Below, in pieces: positions 14,749-33,084 of a stretch of 64,000 nt of DNA; the first letter of the stretch is position 1, and the number at the start of each line of letters is the position of its first letter. The position numbers and the translations under genes are program-made. A model generated the notes under the pieces. That model had not been told where the DNA came from and made no database searches. It saw nothing but the letters and a program-made list of their open reading frames with translations. Source of the stretch: Blastocystis sp. Blastoise (Eukaryota > Protista > Bigyra: Opalinata); assembly GCA_039096225.1 (NCBI GenBank), contig JBBPEB010000021.1, forward strand, positions 620,001-684,000, written 5' to 3'.

Positions 14749-17210
14749 TTAAGATTCAGGCGACCAAGGACTACCATCACTTGACTCATTCCAACCATCA
14801 TACTCATTATAACGACGGTTATTATAAATATAATCATTATCATCATCATTATAATTATAATTATAATCAATAATAGAAGGTATAAATTTCGGGCTACTAC
14901 TATTTCTATCTATAGAAGAAGAATAATTATATATAAAACATTAATTGTGTTTCTCAATAAATATATGTAAATAATATACTAGAATTAATAAAGTTACGGT
15001 TATTAAATCGATGATCAGATATTTCATCCTATATATACATAATAGAATAGTTTATAATAAAATAAATAATAAAATAAATAATAAAATAAATAATAAAATA
15101 ATAAAATAAATAATAAAATAATAAAATAAAAATAAAATTAATAATAAAATTAATAATAAAATTAATAATAAAATTAATAATAAAATTAATAATAAAATTA
15201 ATAATAAAATTAATAACAAAATTAATAATAAAATAATTAATAAAAAAAAATAATACAATAATACAATAAAATAAATAATACAATAATTAATATATACTCG
15301 ATCATCGCATAATCTCCATACTTCATAATCTTCAACAATAAAATAATTAATTGATTTTGGAGAATCAGTATTCACGAATAAGGAGTTCTTCTGGTTTGTT
15401 TGATTTACTGTATAATTGGATGCTTTACAATAAGAAGTTGATTCTTCATGACAATTATTTGATATATATATATCGGAACCAAAAGAAGGACCAGTAATGG
15501 TATTGAAGGGATTTATAGAATTAGAACGCTTCCAAATAGTTCTATATATTAATAATAATAACAAATATATATAATTAATATATTTAATATTAATTATATA
15601 TTATATTGAGATAATACTAATTATCAATAATAAAAACTATTATATATCTCACTAAATATATATATATATATCTTACTATATATATATACTTTTGATAATT
15701 ATAACGAGTAGGAGGAATATTATGTTCATTACTTAAAGTAAATATAAAACAATTTGAGTTATCTATATATATAATATATAATATAAAAATAAAAAAAATA
15801 TCTATATATAATATATAAAACAATAGAATTATCTAATTATATATAATATTAAAAAAATTATCTATACATCTAAAAAATTTAAAACAATAGAATTAAACTA
15901 ATATAAAGTATAAATACCATTTGGTGATTCCCAACTTTGATCAGTATATCCTCCAAATATATTTATATGATTATTATGACCTATATGTTTAATAAGAGTA
16001 ACTGTTTCTTTTTCATCATCACAACAACGATGAAATAGAGTAGCTGAAAACTTATTCTCACTTGCTCTATATAATATAATCAGTATTATTATAATATTAT
16101 TATAATAAAATAGTAAAATAAGACAACATAATATATAATACTAATAGCAATACAATGAATACAATAGAATTACCTATATAATAATTTCCACTTTTTATCT
16201 GTTTGTAGCCATTGCTGTAACTGAATATCCGTCGAATAATCTAAAATAGAAGAATCTAAAAAAGATCTGAATAATTTTTCAGCATCTATTTTTGCTTCAG
16301 TACCAAATAATTGATTGATTTCTTTAATAAAAATATCTTTGTTTATTGTAGATAAAATAGCTGAATCAATATCAAATGATTGATATTCTATATATTGATT
16401 TATATAATCCATATATTCATATTTTGCATGAATAGATAAACTCTCATTCTTACCATCATAATCAACATAACCATTATTATAATTATTTAAAAAATCATAC
16501 CAAATATTATTTCTTCTTAAATATCTTGTAATTGTTGAATCTAATTCGTCATTTATATAAAGATCTACACTATCTCCACGAATATATTTCTTTTTCTTAC
16601 AATCACGACGTTCACGACAAATTACTAATCCAGCTGGAAGTGGCAATTCACAAAATTCAAATAAATCTAATATCTCCAACTGAACCTCATATTCAAATGT
16701 ATCGAAATTCACACTTTTACCATTTAAATAATCAAGTAAAATATAGGCACATGCTTCATTACCTGGAAAATCTAAATAAATGCAACCATCTGTCGTTCTA
16801 CAATCAACTTCAGATTGCTTATAGATGTAAGAACTATTTAGTTCGTTCAATATATCTTTAGAAATCTGGAAAATCAAACCAGAATTTGTGAATCTTATTA
16901 AATCTATATCATTAGATACTTGATACGTATTTGAAACAAGATTTGGGGAATCATGTTGCTTTGCATCTGCACGAGTTGACAGTTTGGGAAGTGACACTGA
17001 ATTGTTTGAACAATTATCATCAAGATGATCAATACAATCGTTTCCAATACTCTTGATGAGTTTCATGATTGATGTTGAAGAATGAACTCCAAGAGTGAGG
17101 ACCGATGAGAAAACTGAAATAACATCTTTAATTAATTCATTATAAACAGAAATGTTCTCGTTGATCTGATTAAACCGATCTAAGTCAAATAATACTTTCT
17201 GCTTGACCAT
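14749..17210 (-). CDS. BTB-like plus TLDc domain protein
   Basis: KKWKLLY|RASENKFSA..FH..CDD..ETVTLIK, IFGGYT, CFIFTL, GPSFGSDIYIS and VEDYEVW are TLDc motifs. The N-terminal FTNSG..F.I / IYLD / ILLDYLNG segment is BTB-like. Two further exons end at TAA 14749. Confidence 0.88.
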
Positions 17211-17851
17211 GAGGATACAAAAGAAGAAAATAAAATCTGAAATTTTTTTATTTTTATTTTTGATATTATTTGGTTATTATTGTATATTCTAATAGTAAAG
17301 CGAGTCTATATGTTTTTAGAAAGCTTATGTGATTACATTAATTGGATTTAGAATAATTCTTTGATGTCTTGCCAAAATAAATTACGTTGATTATTGAAGA
17401 AACGTATTAAATCATTAATTGATAGTTTTTTTAAGAATAACTTCATATAAACAGCATTTTAAAACTACTATAATTGTGCTTTTTAAATTAATTCAGTCAA
17501 TATTGATAGAATAATTATTATTTTTAGATAGTCTTAGAATGCATATGAATACATGTATATTATACTGCTTAATACTACATTTTATAAACATAAATGCCAT
17601 ATTTATATCTCAAAGACTATGAAAAATGATGCTATATGAATTTAGATAGTGAAATGATAATATTTCACTGATTTATTGTTGTACTAGCAACATATATACA
17701 TTTAAATAATGAAATATACTTTGTTTATATAATAATTACATTTAAACAACACTTAATTATGTTATCAATAATGAAATAAAAACATAATAATTATAAATAT
17801 TTATAAAAACCAGAATTCAAGAAAGAAAAAAAATATATATATACAAATAAT

Positions 17852-20487
<2,636 letters not shown>

Positions 20488-21380
20488 CTATACAATAAAA
20501 AGTTATTAGTTTGCTGATAGAATATTCAAAGTGTAATATATATGAACAAGACTAAAAATAATAATTTTTAAAAAGGAATTACTTAAAATAACAAAAATGT
20601 ATATTAAAAAAACGATATTTATTATTTTATATACTTGTAACAACTGTTTTATAACTTGAGAAACACACAAAGAGTCGTGTATAGGTTTCTAAAGGAAACT
20701 ATAGAATACTCAAGAACTTTTCAGAATTCATTAGAATCACGACTATTTTGTGAATTTAAGAGGAATTTTAAATAGAATTCTTGAGGAATTTTCTTTACTT
20801 CCGTTTTTATAGTTTTTGTTATAAACATGTTATAAAGGAATATAGGATGAGTCTAGATCAAGTGTATAGATATGATTGTATAGTGATATTTTGAAATCAT
20901 AAAGAAAACCAGTAAAAAAATATATTTATCATTTATTTTATACTTTATTTTGTGTATAACTTATGTTTTTTATGCTTAAAAGTGATTACTGGTAATATTC
21001 ATCATAACAGATATATTAATAACTTTATTAGTTCATTTATTAGAACAATAAAATGTGTATTTCAACTTGAATTCATATATATTATACTTTGAAAACTTAT
21101 TTATGATAAAAAGAATAAAATATTTATTTTCTAAGACAGACAATATAATAGAATTTTCATTTAAATGATAGAAAACAACATGAAAGTCAGTTTTTTTAAT
21201 TTTTGAATTCAATAGCCATCAATACAAGCTCTTATATTCAATAAATATTCATGAACGACAAGAAAACTATCAATAAAATGAATAATAATATTTATGATTA
21301 TTGTCAATTATTGCAGAGAGATTCCAGATTTTTTCATGGACAAAAATAATTTCATTAATTTTTTATTTCGTTGAAAACTA

Positions 21381-22327
21381 ATGAACGCATTAGCAAATCA
21401 GCTTAATATGTCAGGAAACAGTAAAATTCACTAGTTCTGACTATATATACTAACGAATTATAGATAATAATCACACAGATGATACTTTCAATCTGTCAGA
21501 TTTATGTATTTATTAATAGACAATATTGTTTCTTAATTATCTAAATAGTGAGTGAACTTTCTAGCATTGGTTTGAATGAAAAGTCTGTGAGTACTTTAAC
21601 AAGTTTTCAAAATATTGCATCAAATGCTGATGTTTGTGAAGATGAAAATAATAAAGTTACTTATGATTTATCTGAAATGAATAATGATGCTTTTGATATG
21701 TCTGCTTTAGTCGAAGCCTGCAAAGAAATTAAGCAGCAAGAAGGTATTGAAGAAAAAGTGAAACAAATGAATCCCTTATTAAGTCAGGTATGCTTTGTTT
21801 TTGTTAATAAAAATGATAATAATTCTTTTCTTTATTTCTTTTATTATTAATTATTATATAGGTTTTACAAGCTTATGATGATGCTATTCAAGAGGGATAT
21901 GATAATGAAGAAGTATATATTTTCTAAATTCTATATAAAATAATAATATATATAAATATATCATGAATAGTTCTTTTCTCGTGGATTTTTAATGAAATTA
22001 AAAAGAAAAGCCAAAGGTCAAAAGAGAAGAAATCAAAGAAATAAAAGTAATAAAAAGAAGGGACAAAATTATTCAGATAAATTAAAACTAAGAGTATGTT
22101 TTTTTAGGACTCTATTATTATATTATTTTCTTCATTTTATTTTTTATTTATTTATTTTATTATTTTCTTCATTTTATTTTTTATTTATTTATTTATTTAT
22201 TTATTATTTATTTATTATTTATTTATTATTTATTTATTATATTTATTATATTTATTTATGTAAAATATAGGCAATTCAATCAAAGAAACAAAAGAAACAA
22301 CGTAAGAGTTTCAAAAGAATATATTAA
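21381..22327 (+). CDS. Small protein with acidic N-terminus and very basic C-terminus; possibly an Alb1/Ecm1-like ribosome biogenesis factor
   Basis: Six exons splice in frame: MNALANQLNMSG...KKKGQNYSDKLKLR|AIQSKKQKKQRKSFKRIY*. The family call rests on a weak resemblance only. Confidence 0.7.
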
Positions 22328-22507
22328 TTAAATTGTAGTTTGTGTGTGTTTATTTTATGTTATTTTTAATATTATTTGATGTTATTGTAGTTTTTGTTAA
22401 ATAATATATATATATATATAATGTCCTATGTTTTTATAACAACACAACAATTCATAAAAAAATATATATAACTTTTTAATAATAAAAATAAATTCGTTTT
22501 TAAAAGA

Positions 22508-23393
22508 TTAATAACGATGACGATGTGAATAATGATTCGATGAACGACGATAATCACGTGATGAACTACGACTTTTACTTCTATAAGATTTTCTATTTGT
22601 TCTATAATATGAACTACTACTATTTCTACTACTACTTGAACTACTACTTTTAGATATACTTCTACTTCTTCTATTGATTTCATTCTTTTTATCATTATTA
22701 TTTCTTCTTTCATTACTATTATTTCTATTTCTAATGCTTCTATTTCTAGAATTATTTCTACTTGAAGTACTTGAAGTACTTGAAGTACTTGAAGTATTTC
22801 TACTTATACTTCTATTTCTATTTATACTTCTACTATTACTTATACTTCTATTTCTACTTCTACTTCTACTATTATTTCTACTTCTACTATTATTTCTACT
22901 ACTTCTACTTCTACTTCTACTTCTACTTCTACTATTATTTCTAATATGATATGAATGACTATGATTTGAATTGGAATGATTTCTTATTATTTTATTCTTT
23001 TCATCTGAATTCTTTATTTCATCATTTAAGCTATTTACTGAATAAGGCTGATTTCCTAAGGAAAAAATAGAATGAGAATCTTCTTCACGTCGTTTTTCTA
23101 GTAATTCCTGCTGCTTCTTTGTATTTTCTTTATCTTTCTCAATCTATAATATGTTTTATAAATAGTAAAATATAATATTTTTTAATATTTAAACATATAC
23201 ATATACACATTTATACATTTAAATAGAATATTATTATTAATAAAACTATATATATATACAACTTTATCAAATTGTTGTTTCATTCTTAATGCCATTTTCT
23301 CTTTCATTGTCAACTTTTTGGTAGCCAAATAATCCTGCTTTAGTTCTATATACATATATATATATATATATATTATTATTATTATTATTATTA

Positions 23394-23424
<31 letters not shown>

Positions 23425-25323
23425 GTTATTACATATAAATAAATATATATATATATTATTTGACTAGATATAAAAACTATATATATATACTTTGAATAGT
23501 TTGATTCTTCTTTTTTTCTTCTTCTTTTTCTTCATAATGTTGTTCACTTTCACTATCATCACTATTATTATTATTATTATTAGAATCATCACTATTATTA
23601 TTATTATTATTATCATCAGAAGAGGACTCAGTTTGAATTCTTCTTCTTGTATTCACTGAATTCTATATATATATATATAGAGTAATATTTACTGTGTTAA
23701 TACAATAATAATAATTATAAATAAATAAATAAATAAATAATATTTTTTTTACTATACTAATAATATATATATATATATATATATATACTTGAAGTTGTCT
23801 ATGTAACATTATAAAAAACTTCTTTAAAAGTGTATGGAAATTAGTATTTGATTCCCGTGTAAATATAGCATTAAATTGATGCGATACTTTTCGTTCCCTT
23901 TCTAACCTTCTATATATATATATATATATATATCAAATTTATTTTTCATAGTAAATAAATAAAAAAATATTATTATTAATATAGTTACATAATAATAATA
24001 TATCAAATGATCATTATATATATATATACTTGAATGTGCATCTATCTTCTATCCATCCATTCGTATATATATCATTATCCGTAGTAGGAACAGAGTCTTT
24101 CTCTGATGTCACTCCTTTCTCTCCTAATAATAAACGTCTATATACATTCCTCTTTAGCATTCGCATCTCTCTTCGCTTCTATAGGTTATATATTATTATT
24201 ATATTCATTATATTTATTGTATCTATTATTATATCTATTATATTTATTATATTTATTTTATTTATTTATTTTATTTATTATATTTATTATATCTATTATA
24301 TTTAATATATTGATTATATCTATTATTATATTTATTATATCAATTATTATATTTATTATATTCATTAGCATTATATTTTTCATATAAATACACAATATAT
24401 ATATATATACTTCTCTTGATGCATTTATATACATTTCCTGATGTTCAATCGTTTTCTCTTTATACTCTTCTAACATTTCGTCATTACGAGCATCTAATTT
24501 ACATATATCATAATATGAATATCCATATAATTCTGGTTCTATTCCATAATGTTGAGCAATTATATACATTTGTTCTGGATTTAATTCTAAATTAAGATTT
24601 GTATGTTGATAAATAGAAAGAGAATAATCATTATCATCATTATCATCATCTTCTTCATCTTCTTTCTTCTTCTTCTTCTTCATATCTTCTCTATATATAT
24701 ATATAGAATAAATAGTATACTATCTATTTTTTATTATTATATATCAATAATCAAACTTAATAAATATATATAATGAAACATATATTAATTTATAGTCCAT
24801 AAATACACTTTTTAAAACTTTATATAATAAATAATATACAATTTTACAGATTTCTTTCGTAATTCTAATAATGTATCTTCAACATAATCTTTTTCATTCA
24901 TATTCAATCGTTTCGACTCTAATATATTTCTATATCTCTCATAATTAATAAATGTTTCTAATGTTACATCTTCTATTTGAGGAAGAGATTTTTCTGAAGG
25001 AATCATATCTAAATGGGAAAGAATACTAAAACGATCAATCAATTCATCTGGAGAATTCTCCATCTGCATCAGACCAACCTCTTCAGAACTATCTCTACTT
25101 CGCATTACTCTCATTGGATTACCAGAAATGATAATTTTCTGACTTACATCCATATTATGAATACGATACGTTCTATGAAAATAATTTCATTTAAATTATA
25201 AATAATAAAACACAAGATAAAGACAATTGCCTACTCAATTTTTTTGATAGCACGTATCTTATGCTCTACTGCCATCTTCTTCAATTTTTTGTCAAATTTC
25301 CTTGTCTCTTGATAATATGACAT
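22508..25323 (-). CDS. CLASRP: CLK4-associating SR-rich protein (SWAP N-terminal / DRY-EERY domain plus RS tail)
   Basis: MSYYQETRKFDKKLKKM, LIDRFSILSHLD, NYERYR, KLTMKEKMALRMK, and a long RS/RN dipeptide tail at about 22510-22950. Confidence 0.88.
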
Positions 25324-26327
25324 CGATATTATTTTTAATCGTAGCGAATAAAAACAAAGAAAAATGAAAATGATTTTTGGCTTATTATTGTTTTTGGGTC
25401 TAAATAAAGAATTTACCATATAAGAAAGCTATAAATATAATAGTTATTTACAAAAATACTTGTATATTAGAAGAGATGTTTATTTGAATCTGAAATAGAT
25501 ACTCATGCAAATAATGTTGCTTAATTTATAAAAAACGCAATAGAGTAGCATGCACATATAGTCTTATTAATTGTTTATATAAAAATTTTAAAAAATAAAT
25601 TTGATTTTTATATGATTTTGGCTTTGGAAGAAAATAATCGACAATAAAAATCTAGAAATGATAACTAAATAGCAAATAATTATAGTCTCAAGTTAAAAGA
25701 ACAAGAAAGTAATTCAAATATACTGAAGATTGCTAGAATAATAGTATAATAAAAAGTTATTTGGAAAAAGACAATGTACATATATATCTATTAAAAAAGA
25801 AAATTCAAAAATAAAAAATGATATATATAGATAATATTAAAATAAAAGAACGACATATGTATTTTAGATTGAAAGAATGAATAAAATATTATTTATTTAT
25901 TAAATGAAAACAAAAAAAGTAACAATATATATATATATATGATAAGAGTAATGAAAAATATATAAAAATGAATTCTATAAATATCTATAAAAATGATAAA
26001 TATAATGAATAGTGAAATATCCATAAAAAGAAGAGCACAAAAAAAAGAATAAAATGTTTTCTGATTAATTAATAAGTATAATATAATATTCACATGATAA
26101 CCTACTCAATAAATATTAATATATATATATATACAAAGACACACAAAGAGAAAAATAAAAATATATAATAAATATTTCAAAAAAAGATAATAATAAAAAA
26201 ACGTTTCATATATATATATAGAACTACAAAAAAGGAATACAACAAATATAATATCATGTTACATAAAAACTATTTAAAAAAAATGTATATATATATATAT
26301 TAAAGTTTTGTATAATAATAAAATTAT

Positions 26328-26429
26328 TTACCACCATTCAGGTGTTTTCAGAGTAGAATCTGGAATTCTCTGAAAAGCACTGAAACCTGTATAATATATA
26401 TAATATATATAATATATTATAGATAATAG

Positions 26430-26519
<90 letters not shown>

Positions 26520-27087
26520 GTATAAATATGTGTTCCTGAAGCATTAAATGGTTTTAAACTATATATATATGTTATTATAATTAATGAAATAAATTATTTT
26601 ATAAATAAATAATAATAATATAATTAATGAAATAATATATATATATATACACATCTTTTTCTTCATATATATCATTTAATATATTTCTTTCTTTTTCTTT
26701 CAGAAGCATGGTGTTTCTTAAAAGAACGTAGGATCTATTTGTAGTCAACTTTTCATATACGTATATAGATTAAAGAAAGAATAAATACTATTATTATATA
26801 CAGTAGAATGCATTTTTTAGAATATGATTTATTATTAATAATAATCGTTATTGTTATATATTATTATATATATTTATAATATCATAATATTATTATATAT
26901 AATAAAAAGAATAATAATTATTATTATTATTATTATAAATAGGATATAGCTTGAGCAGCTTGAAAGGGACAAATGCCGTCAATAATAACAACATCATAAG
27001 TAAGCATACGGTATCGAGGAAGATTAATATAACCGCGGAAATTAGCACATTCATTTTTAGCTTTATGATTGTTATGTTCTCTATAGG

Positions 27088-27119
<32 letters not shown>

Positions 27120-30100
27120 TTAATATTTCTTTTATGAAATAGAATTCTTGAACGCGATAATTTCTGTTGAGCATTACTATAGATATATAATATATAATAA
27201 GTTATTAATAATAATATATATAATAAATATATAATAATAATATATACTGATGATGAATATCCCATATAATAACATCTATTTTATGACACGCCGTGCGTAA
27301 TAACAATCCTTGAATACGACCATTGGAATAATACAAACAACCTGTATATATATATATATATATATATAATTAGAATATAGAAATAGACAGAAAAAGAAAT
27401 ATATACATATAATATCAGAGAGTAACTAAGAATAGAATAGAATAGAATATATATATATATATATATATATACGTTTGGCATCTTTGGGTATATGATTATC
27501 AATAAATTCATATTCTTCTTTCGAATAATCATCATCATACCCTTTAGAGGGGACGAGAGAGAGATGACCATCCAGGTATATATCTATATATATATATATA
27601 TATATATATATAATCAGATAAAATAAGAAAAATAAATTTTAAAAATTGCCAATAATAAACATTAATAACATTAATCATAATATATATATATATACAAGCC
27701 TTATAATTGGCCATAGAGGTAGTAGCTACAGTGATATTTTGTTCTGTGAGCATCAAATTCCATCCCTTATCTCCATTATCACGGCCACCAGCCCAATTCC
27801 CGTGGGAATCCGTCTGATGTAATACAGCTACTATATATTAATATATTATATTATAATAAATTCAATAATATATTATATTATATATGATTAAACATTTATA
27901 TATAATGATTATACTAATATATAGTATATATAGTATTATATATACAGGCATTAGAGGCATCAATAAGATCTATAGAGGGTTGTGCATAACAATAAGATAC
28001 TAAATAATTATCATATCCATTTCTACCAATAACCACGGGGGGAAGATGAGACAGATCAAATGTTGATTTAGTATATAAGAAATAATCCTATAATAATAAT
28101 AAGTAAATAATAATAGTAGGAAGAAGAAGAAGAATAAATATAAAATAATAAAAGAAGACGAATAAAAATAAATATACTTGTGCTACAGAAATAAATTGTT
28201 CTTTTGTAGTGAAATACCGTTCAAAGAATTGGGATTGTGTTTCGGGGGTATAGAGGGATGTATCCTTTTCATATATATTAACGTTCAAACGTCGACCAAC
28301 AACTAATAACTATATAATAATAAATATAATAATAAATATAATAATATAATAATACAATAATAAATATAATAAATATAATAAAAGAATAAATAGAATAAAG
28401 ATATTAAACATCTTATATACCTTGTTCTTAATAAGTTTTCTTTCTCTCATTTTCGTAATTTCATGAAATAAGTCAATAACCGTGGGGGGAAGGAGAATAT
28501 CACCATTTATATAACCATAATAATCAGCTTCTATAGAATGTTCTAAATCGTATAAAATAGAACCCAAGAATGGAGTATGAAACTGATTTTCATTGAAATT
28601 TGTTGAAACAAAGATATTGTTATATTGATTCGTGATATTAGAATAATCTCCTATTTTATCATATATAGTTAATGTTAAGTATGGCGATAACATTCCAATA
28701 TTTTTAATTGTATTCATTTGTATAACATTCTTTCGACTACTCTATATATATAATATATTTAATACCTATATAATCTTATATATATATATTATATATTATA
28801 TATATATATACATTTGTATAAAGCATAGAAGTTGCTATTGATAATAATGGTTTCACTCTATATATATAATAATAATTATAAAAAATTTAATAAATAATAT
28901 TCTATATATAATAATAGTAAATAAATAATATTCTATATATATACTCTTTATGATTCACAATTAATTTGAATTTTTTAATAGTATTCTCTTTTGGTAACAC
29001 AGAAACACGATCAGTTTCTCGAATATATGGATCTAAATATATACTTAGCCAATTTCGATATAATTTCTCTTCTTTTTTTCTTAATAATAATTCAGCTTTA
29101 CTTAATTTTTGATTTTTTCTTTTATTTTTCACATCTTCTTTTTTTATTATTGGTCTTATTTCTTGTTGATCTTTATATATAGAATTAGAAGCACCAAAAT
29201 ATTTAGCATCTAATTCTTTTACTGAAGCTATATATATATATATAGTTAATTTATATATATATGAATTATAATTTGTATAATAAATATAATAATAATATAT
29301 AATAATAATAATAAATAATAATATACATTCTTCATTCATAGTAACTAATTCTTTATTATTTTTCATTTGTTCAACTGCTTCTTTTATTTTTGATGGATCG
29401 ACAATAACAGTTTGAGGTTTATGTTTTAATTTATTATTTTTTAATTTATCATCATCATTTTCTTCTTCTTCTTCTTCTTTTTTAATTTCATTTTTAATTT
29501 CATTTTTAATTTCATTTTTAATTTCATTTTCATTTTCATTTTCATTTTCATTTTCATTTTCTCTATTAATTTTATTTTCATTTTCTTTTTCATTTTTAAT
29601 ATCACTTTCTTTTTTAATTTCACTTTCTTTTTCATTTTTATTTTCTTCTAGACTTTCTCTTTTCTTTATATCTTGTTGTTTTAAAGATACGAATGAATTT
29701 TTGTCAATATCTTCTTGATGATTTTGTGTTTCAACATTTTTATTAGTTGTTTCTTCATTATTCTGACCATTCTCATCAATATTAGATTTGTTTTCTTGAT
29801 TATTGCACGAATGAATATCACATTTATCATCATTTGAAGGTGATAAATCATTATCATTTTTGTTATTATTTGATTGTACTGCATAGTCTATATATACAAA
29901 TATATGTGATATCCATATAATCTCTTGTTCTATCTAAATACTATATACCTTTAGTTTTTCCATCAGAATTGTCGAAAATCATGATAACATTTGACTCACT
30001 TTCTTTTAATTTATTGTTTACATCTAATTTTAACCTTGGTCTCACTATCAAGAATAAATAAAATGAAATTTAACAACTTACAGACTCTAACCTATAATTA

Positions 30101-30304
30101 TTATTACAAAAAAGAAAAAATAAATACATACATCGAATTTTTTAGATGCCAACTCAGAAGACTACATAGTGTAATAAGAAAAGACTAAAAATATACATTT
30201 GAAATGATGTAGAATGATGCTAGAATACACACAGTTATTGGCAGTAAAATAAAAGCTATGATCATTGGCTTCATGCCAAACTTTGTTTTACGATTTGCTG
30301 CCAT
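26328..30304 (-). CDS. Type II membrane glycosyltransferase-like protein with a C-terminal methyltransferase-like domain
   Basis: Signal anchor IIAFILLPITVCILASFYII, low-complexity stem, then YGYINGDILL, VVGRR, DYF, VVIGRNGYDNYL, C-terminal YDVVIIDG. About 16 introns. Confidence 0.75.
26761..26947 (-). other. U12-type AT-AC intron (187 nt, phase 0)
   Basis: 5' ATATCCTA, branch TTCTTTAAT, 3' TATAC; joins QAAQA|VYEKL in frame. Confidence 0.88.
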
Positions 30305-30895
30305 TTAAAGTAATAGAAAGAAAAACTTATAAACTAAAAGCTGCGATAAACATGAATACATGACAGAATTCTGCTAAATAATTTATTTTTTTCTTGTAAA
30401 AAAACAGTATTCATATTTTTAGATTTATGTACTGATTACTAAAGTTAATTATCATTGTTTATTTTTCTTTATGTTCCTTAACTAAGTATAATTAATAATA
30501 TCTACTATGTAGATAGTAGAAAACAACATTGTTTTTTATTGTATTCAGTTTCTTTGTTCTATTTGGCTTTCATATACAACCAGTAAAAGTAGTATAGAAC
30601 TTGTTTCAAGTTTATTGCCTTCTAGAAGTTATAACTAACTTGTTTCTAGAAGACATCAACTACAGTTTTTTAATTAATATTCCTTTATATAAGTCCTTAT
30701 CTGTCTATTCGAGTTGTAGAAATGTGTTTTAGTGATTTTTATTGTTTATTTATGATTTAAACATGATCAAAGATGATTAAGAAAAGTTTCTTGGAAATGC
30801 AAAGAAATTCTTTTTTCTTCTTTTCTCACTTGTTTTAACGGCTATTTTTTTAATCCTTTTTCTTTCCTTTTTTTTTACTTATTCAAATAAAATCT

Positions 30896-33084
30896 ATGTT
30901 CACGCGATTTCTGCTTGTATATATAAGCATTAAAACGTTATTATTTGTTTTTTCTAGAATATAAATTTCGTCATCTATGTGTCATTCTTCGTTCTTTACA
31001 TCCATTCTATTTATCCTATTATGACGCGAAATCTGATAAATACATCTAGACATGAGCGGATAACGTGCTTTGAGATTGATCGATTTACAGTAAAGTATCA
31101 ACCTATTCCAAATGTAGATATCTCTTCTAAGCATACAGATATTTCTAAAATTGATCAAGAAGATATGTTGAATGAGTCTTCATCAACGATTTCTGAAGTT
31201 TCATCAAATCAAACAGAATCTCTCGAAGATAAAGATGATGATAAGGATAATGATATCACTGATGAAAATAATAATGAAGGTAAAGATGTAGCATTAAATG
31301 GAAATAATGATAATGATAATGATAATGATAATGATAATGATAATGATAATGAAAATAAAGAAAAGATATCCAATGTTGTTCCTACAAATTCTTCGATTAA
31401 TAATCAAATAAATACTCATACTAATAAACAATCAGAAGTATCTACTATTCATATTATAAATAATAATATAACACTGTCAAATAATAATAATAATATAACA
31501 CTGTCAAATAATAATAATGCAACAATATTATCAAATAATAATATAGCAGTATCAAAGAATAATAATAATATAACACTGTCAAATAATAATAATGCAACAA
31601 TATTATCAAATAATAATATAACACTATCAAATAATACTAACACTGAGCAAATCAATCTTTCAAATACGAATTCATCACTTTCTTCTGTAAATAAACAAAT
31701 AAATTCATCTTCATCTTCATCTTCATCTATATCTATATCAAATAATACTACTACTATTTCCAATAGTAATGAATTATCTTATCTATATAAACATTATAAT
31801 TCTACAATTGAACTATGGGATGCTATAAATAAAGATATTCAAGAATATCATATACTTTCTTTTAAATATTTATATCCATTATATTCTATAAATACAAATA
31901 ATAAACGTCAATTAATTCGTGAAACATTTTTTAATTGGTATTTATGGTCATCATCATCATCATCATCATCATCATCTATAGAGAGCTATTCATCATTTCC
32001 TGATACTAGTTATTCATGGATATATAATACTACTTCTCTTCCTCTTTATGCTGATGTTTTACCAGGTACTTATTATAATCAGCATATATTATGGTTTAAA
32101 CAACATCCTCTACAATGTGAATCATCAAAAATGTTATTAATATCTATTGATATTGAAGATACGCATGAAATCTTACATGCATTATCTATCTATTTATCTT
32201 TAGCTATTGAAACAAATCGTATTATAAGAATTGTACCTTCTTCTTCTCCTTCTTCTTCTATATACCATCCTGATATATGTCATGATAAATATACATTAGA
32301 ATGCTATTTTGAGCCGTTAACAAATTGTACATATCCAGAAACACAATTATTACAATTAATGAATTCAAATAAGAATTCAACTGAACATATCTTTCATATT
32401 CATCATATTAAAGAAATATATAATTATGATTCTTATCAATATATATATTTACAATATATGAAAGAAGATATTCAAGGTGTATATCCTGTGATTCCATCAT
32501 TTATTAATGATTATTTAGATAATTCTATATTTACAAAAAAAGAAATTCAATCTTATTGGTATATTCAAATGATTTCATTCTTATTTCGTATAAATAAACA
32601 AACAATAAATTATTTAAATACATATAAACAAACAAAATGTTTTCATTGTTCTTCTCATTATGATATTTCTATAAATATGTTTAATAATAAGAATAATAAA
32701 TATCATAATTATCAATCTATCATAACATTATTAAAAGAATCAATTTTAAAATATAAATTAAATATATATTTGTCGTCACAAAACTTAATATATATAAATG
32801 AATTAAATACCACTATAAATAAAGATTCTTATTATTTTCTAGATCACGATATATCTAGTAATACTTCTCTCTCTACTATTCCTTATCAATCCTTTATATA
32901 TTCTTTACTTAATATATATGAATCTATATATGCAGAGCATACCATCGGATCTATTTCTTATCCTCTTCTACAAGATATTTATGCATTAAAAGTGACTACT
33001 GGTTATCATTCAAATGGGTATTTTATTGAAACTGATAGTAAAGATTGTATTTCTATTCAACATTGCCGAAATATACATAATTAA
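30896..33084 (+). CDS. FUT8/GT23-like fucosyltransferase homologue with an Asn/Ser-rich stem (one intron, 30917-30957)
   Basis: N-terminal anchor; QHPLQCESSKMLL, LSLAIETNRII and LECYFEPLTNC resemble GT23 N-terminal motifs. Confidence 0.7.

Noticed and set aside
22674-22949. Leu- and Tyr/Phe-rich + strand ORFs
   Set aside because: Antisense shadows of the CLASRP RS domain.
32479-32490. ATATCCTG resembling a U12 donor
   Set aside because: It lies within a continuous ORF (VYPV), and no intron is needed.
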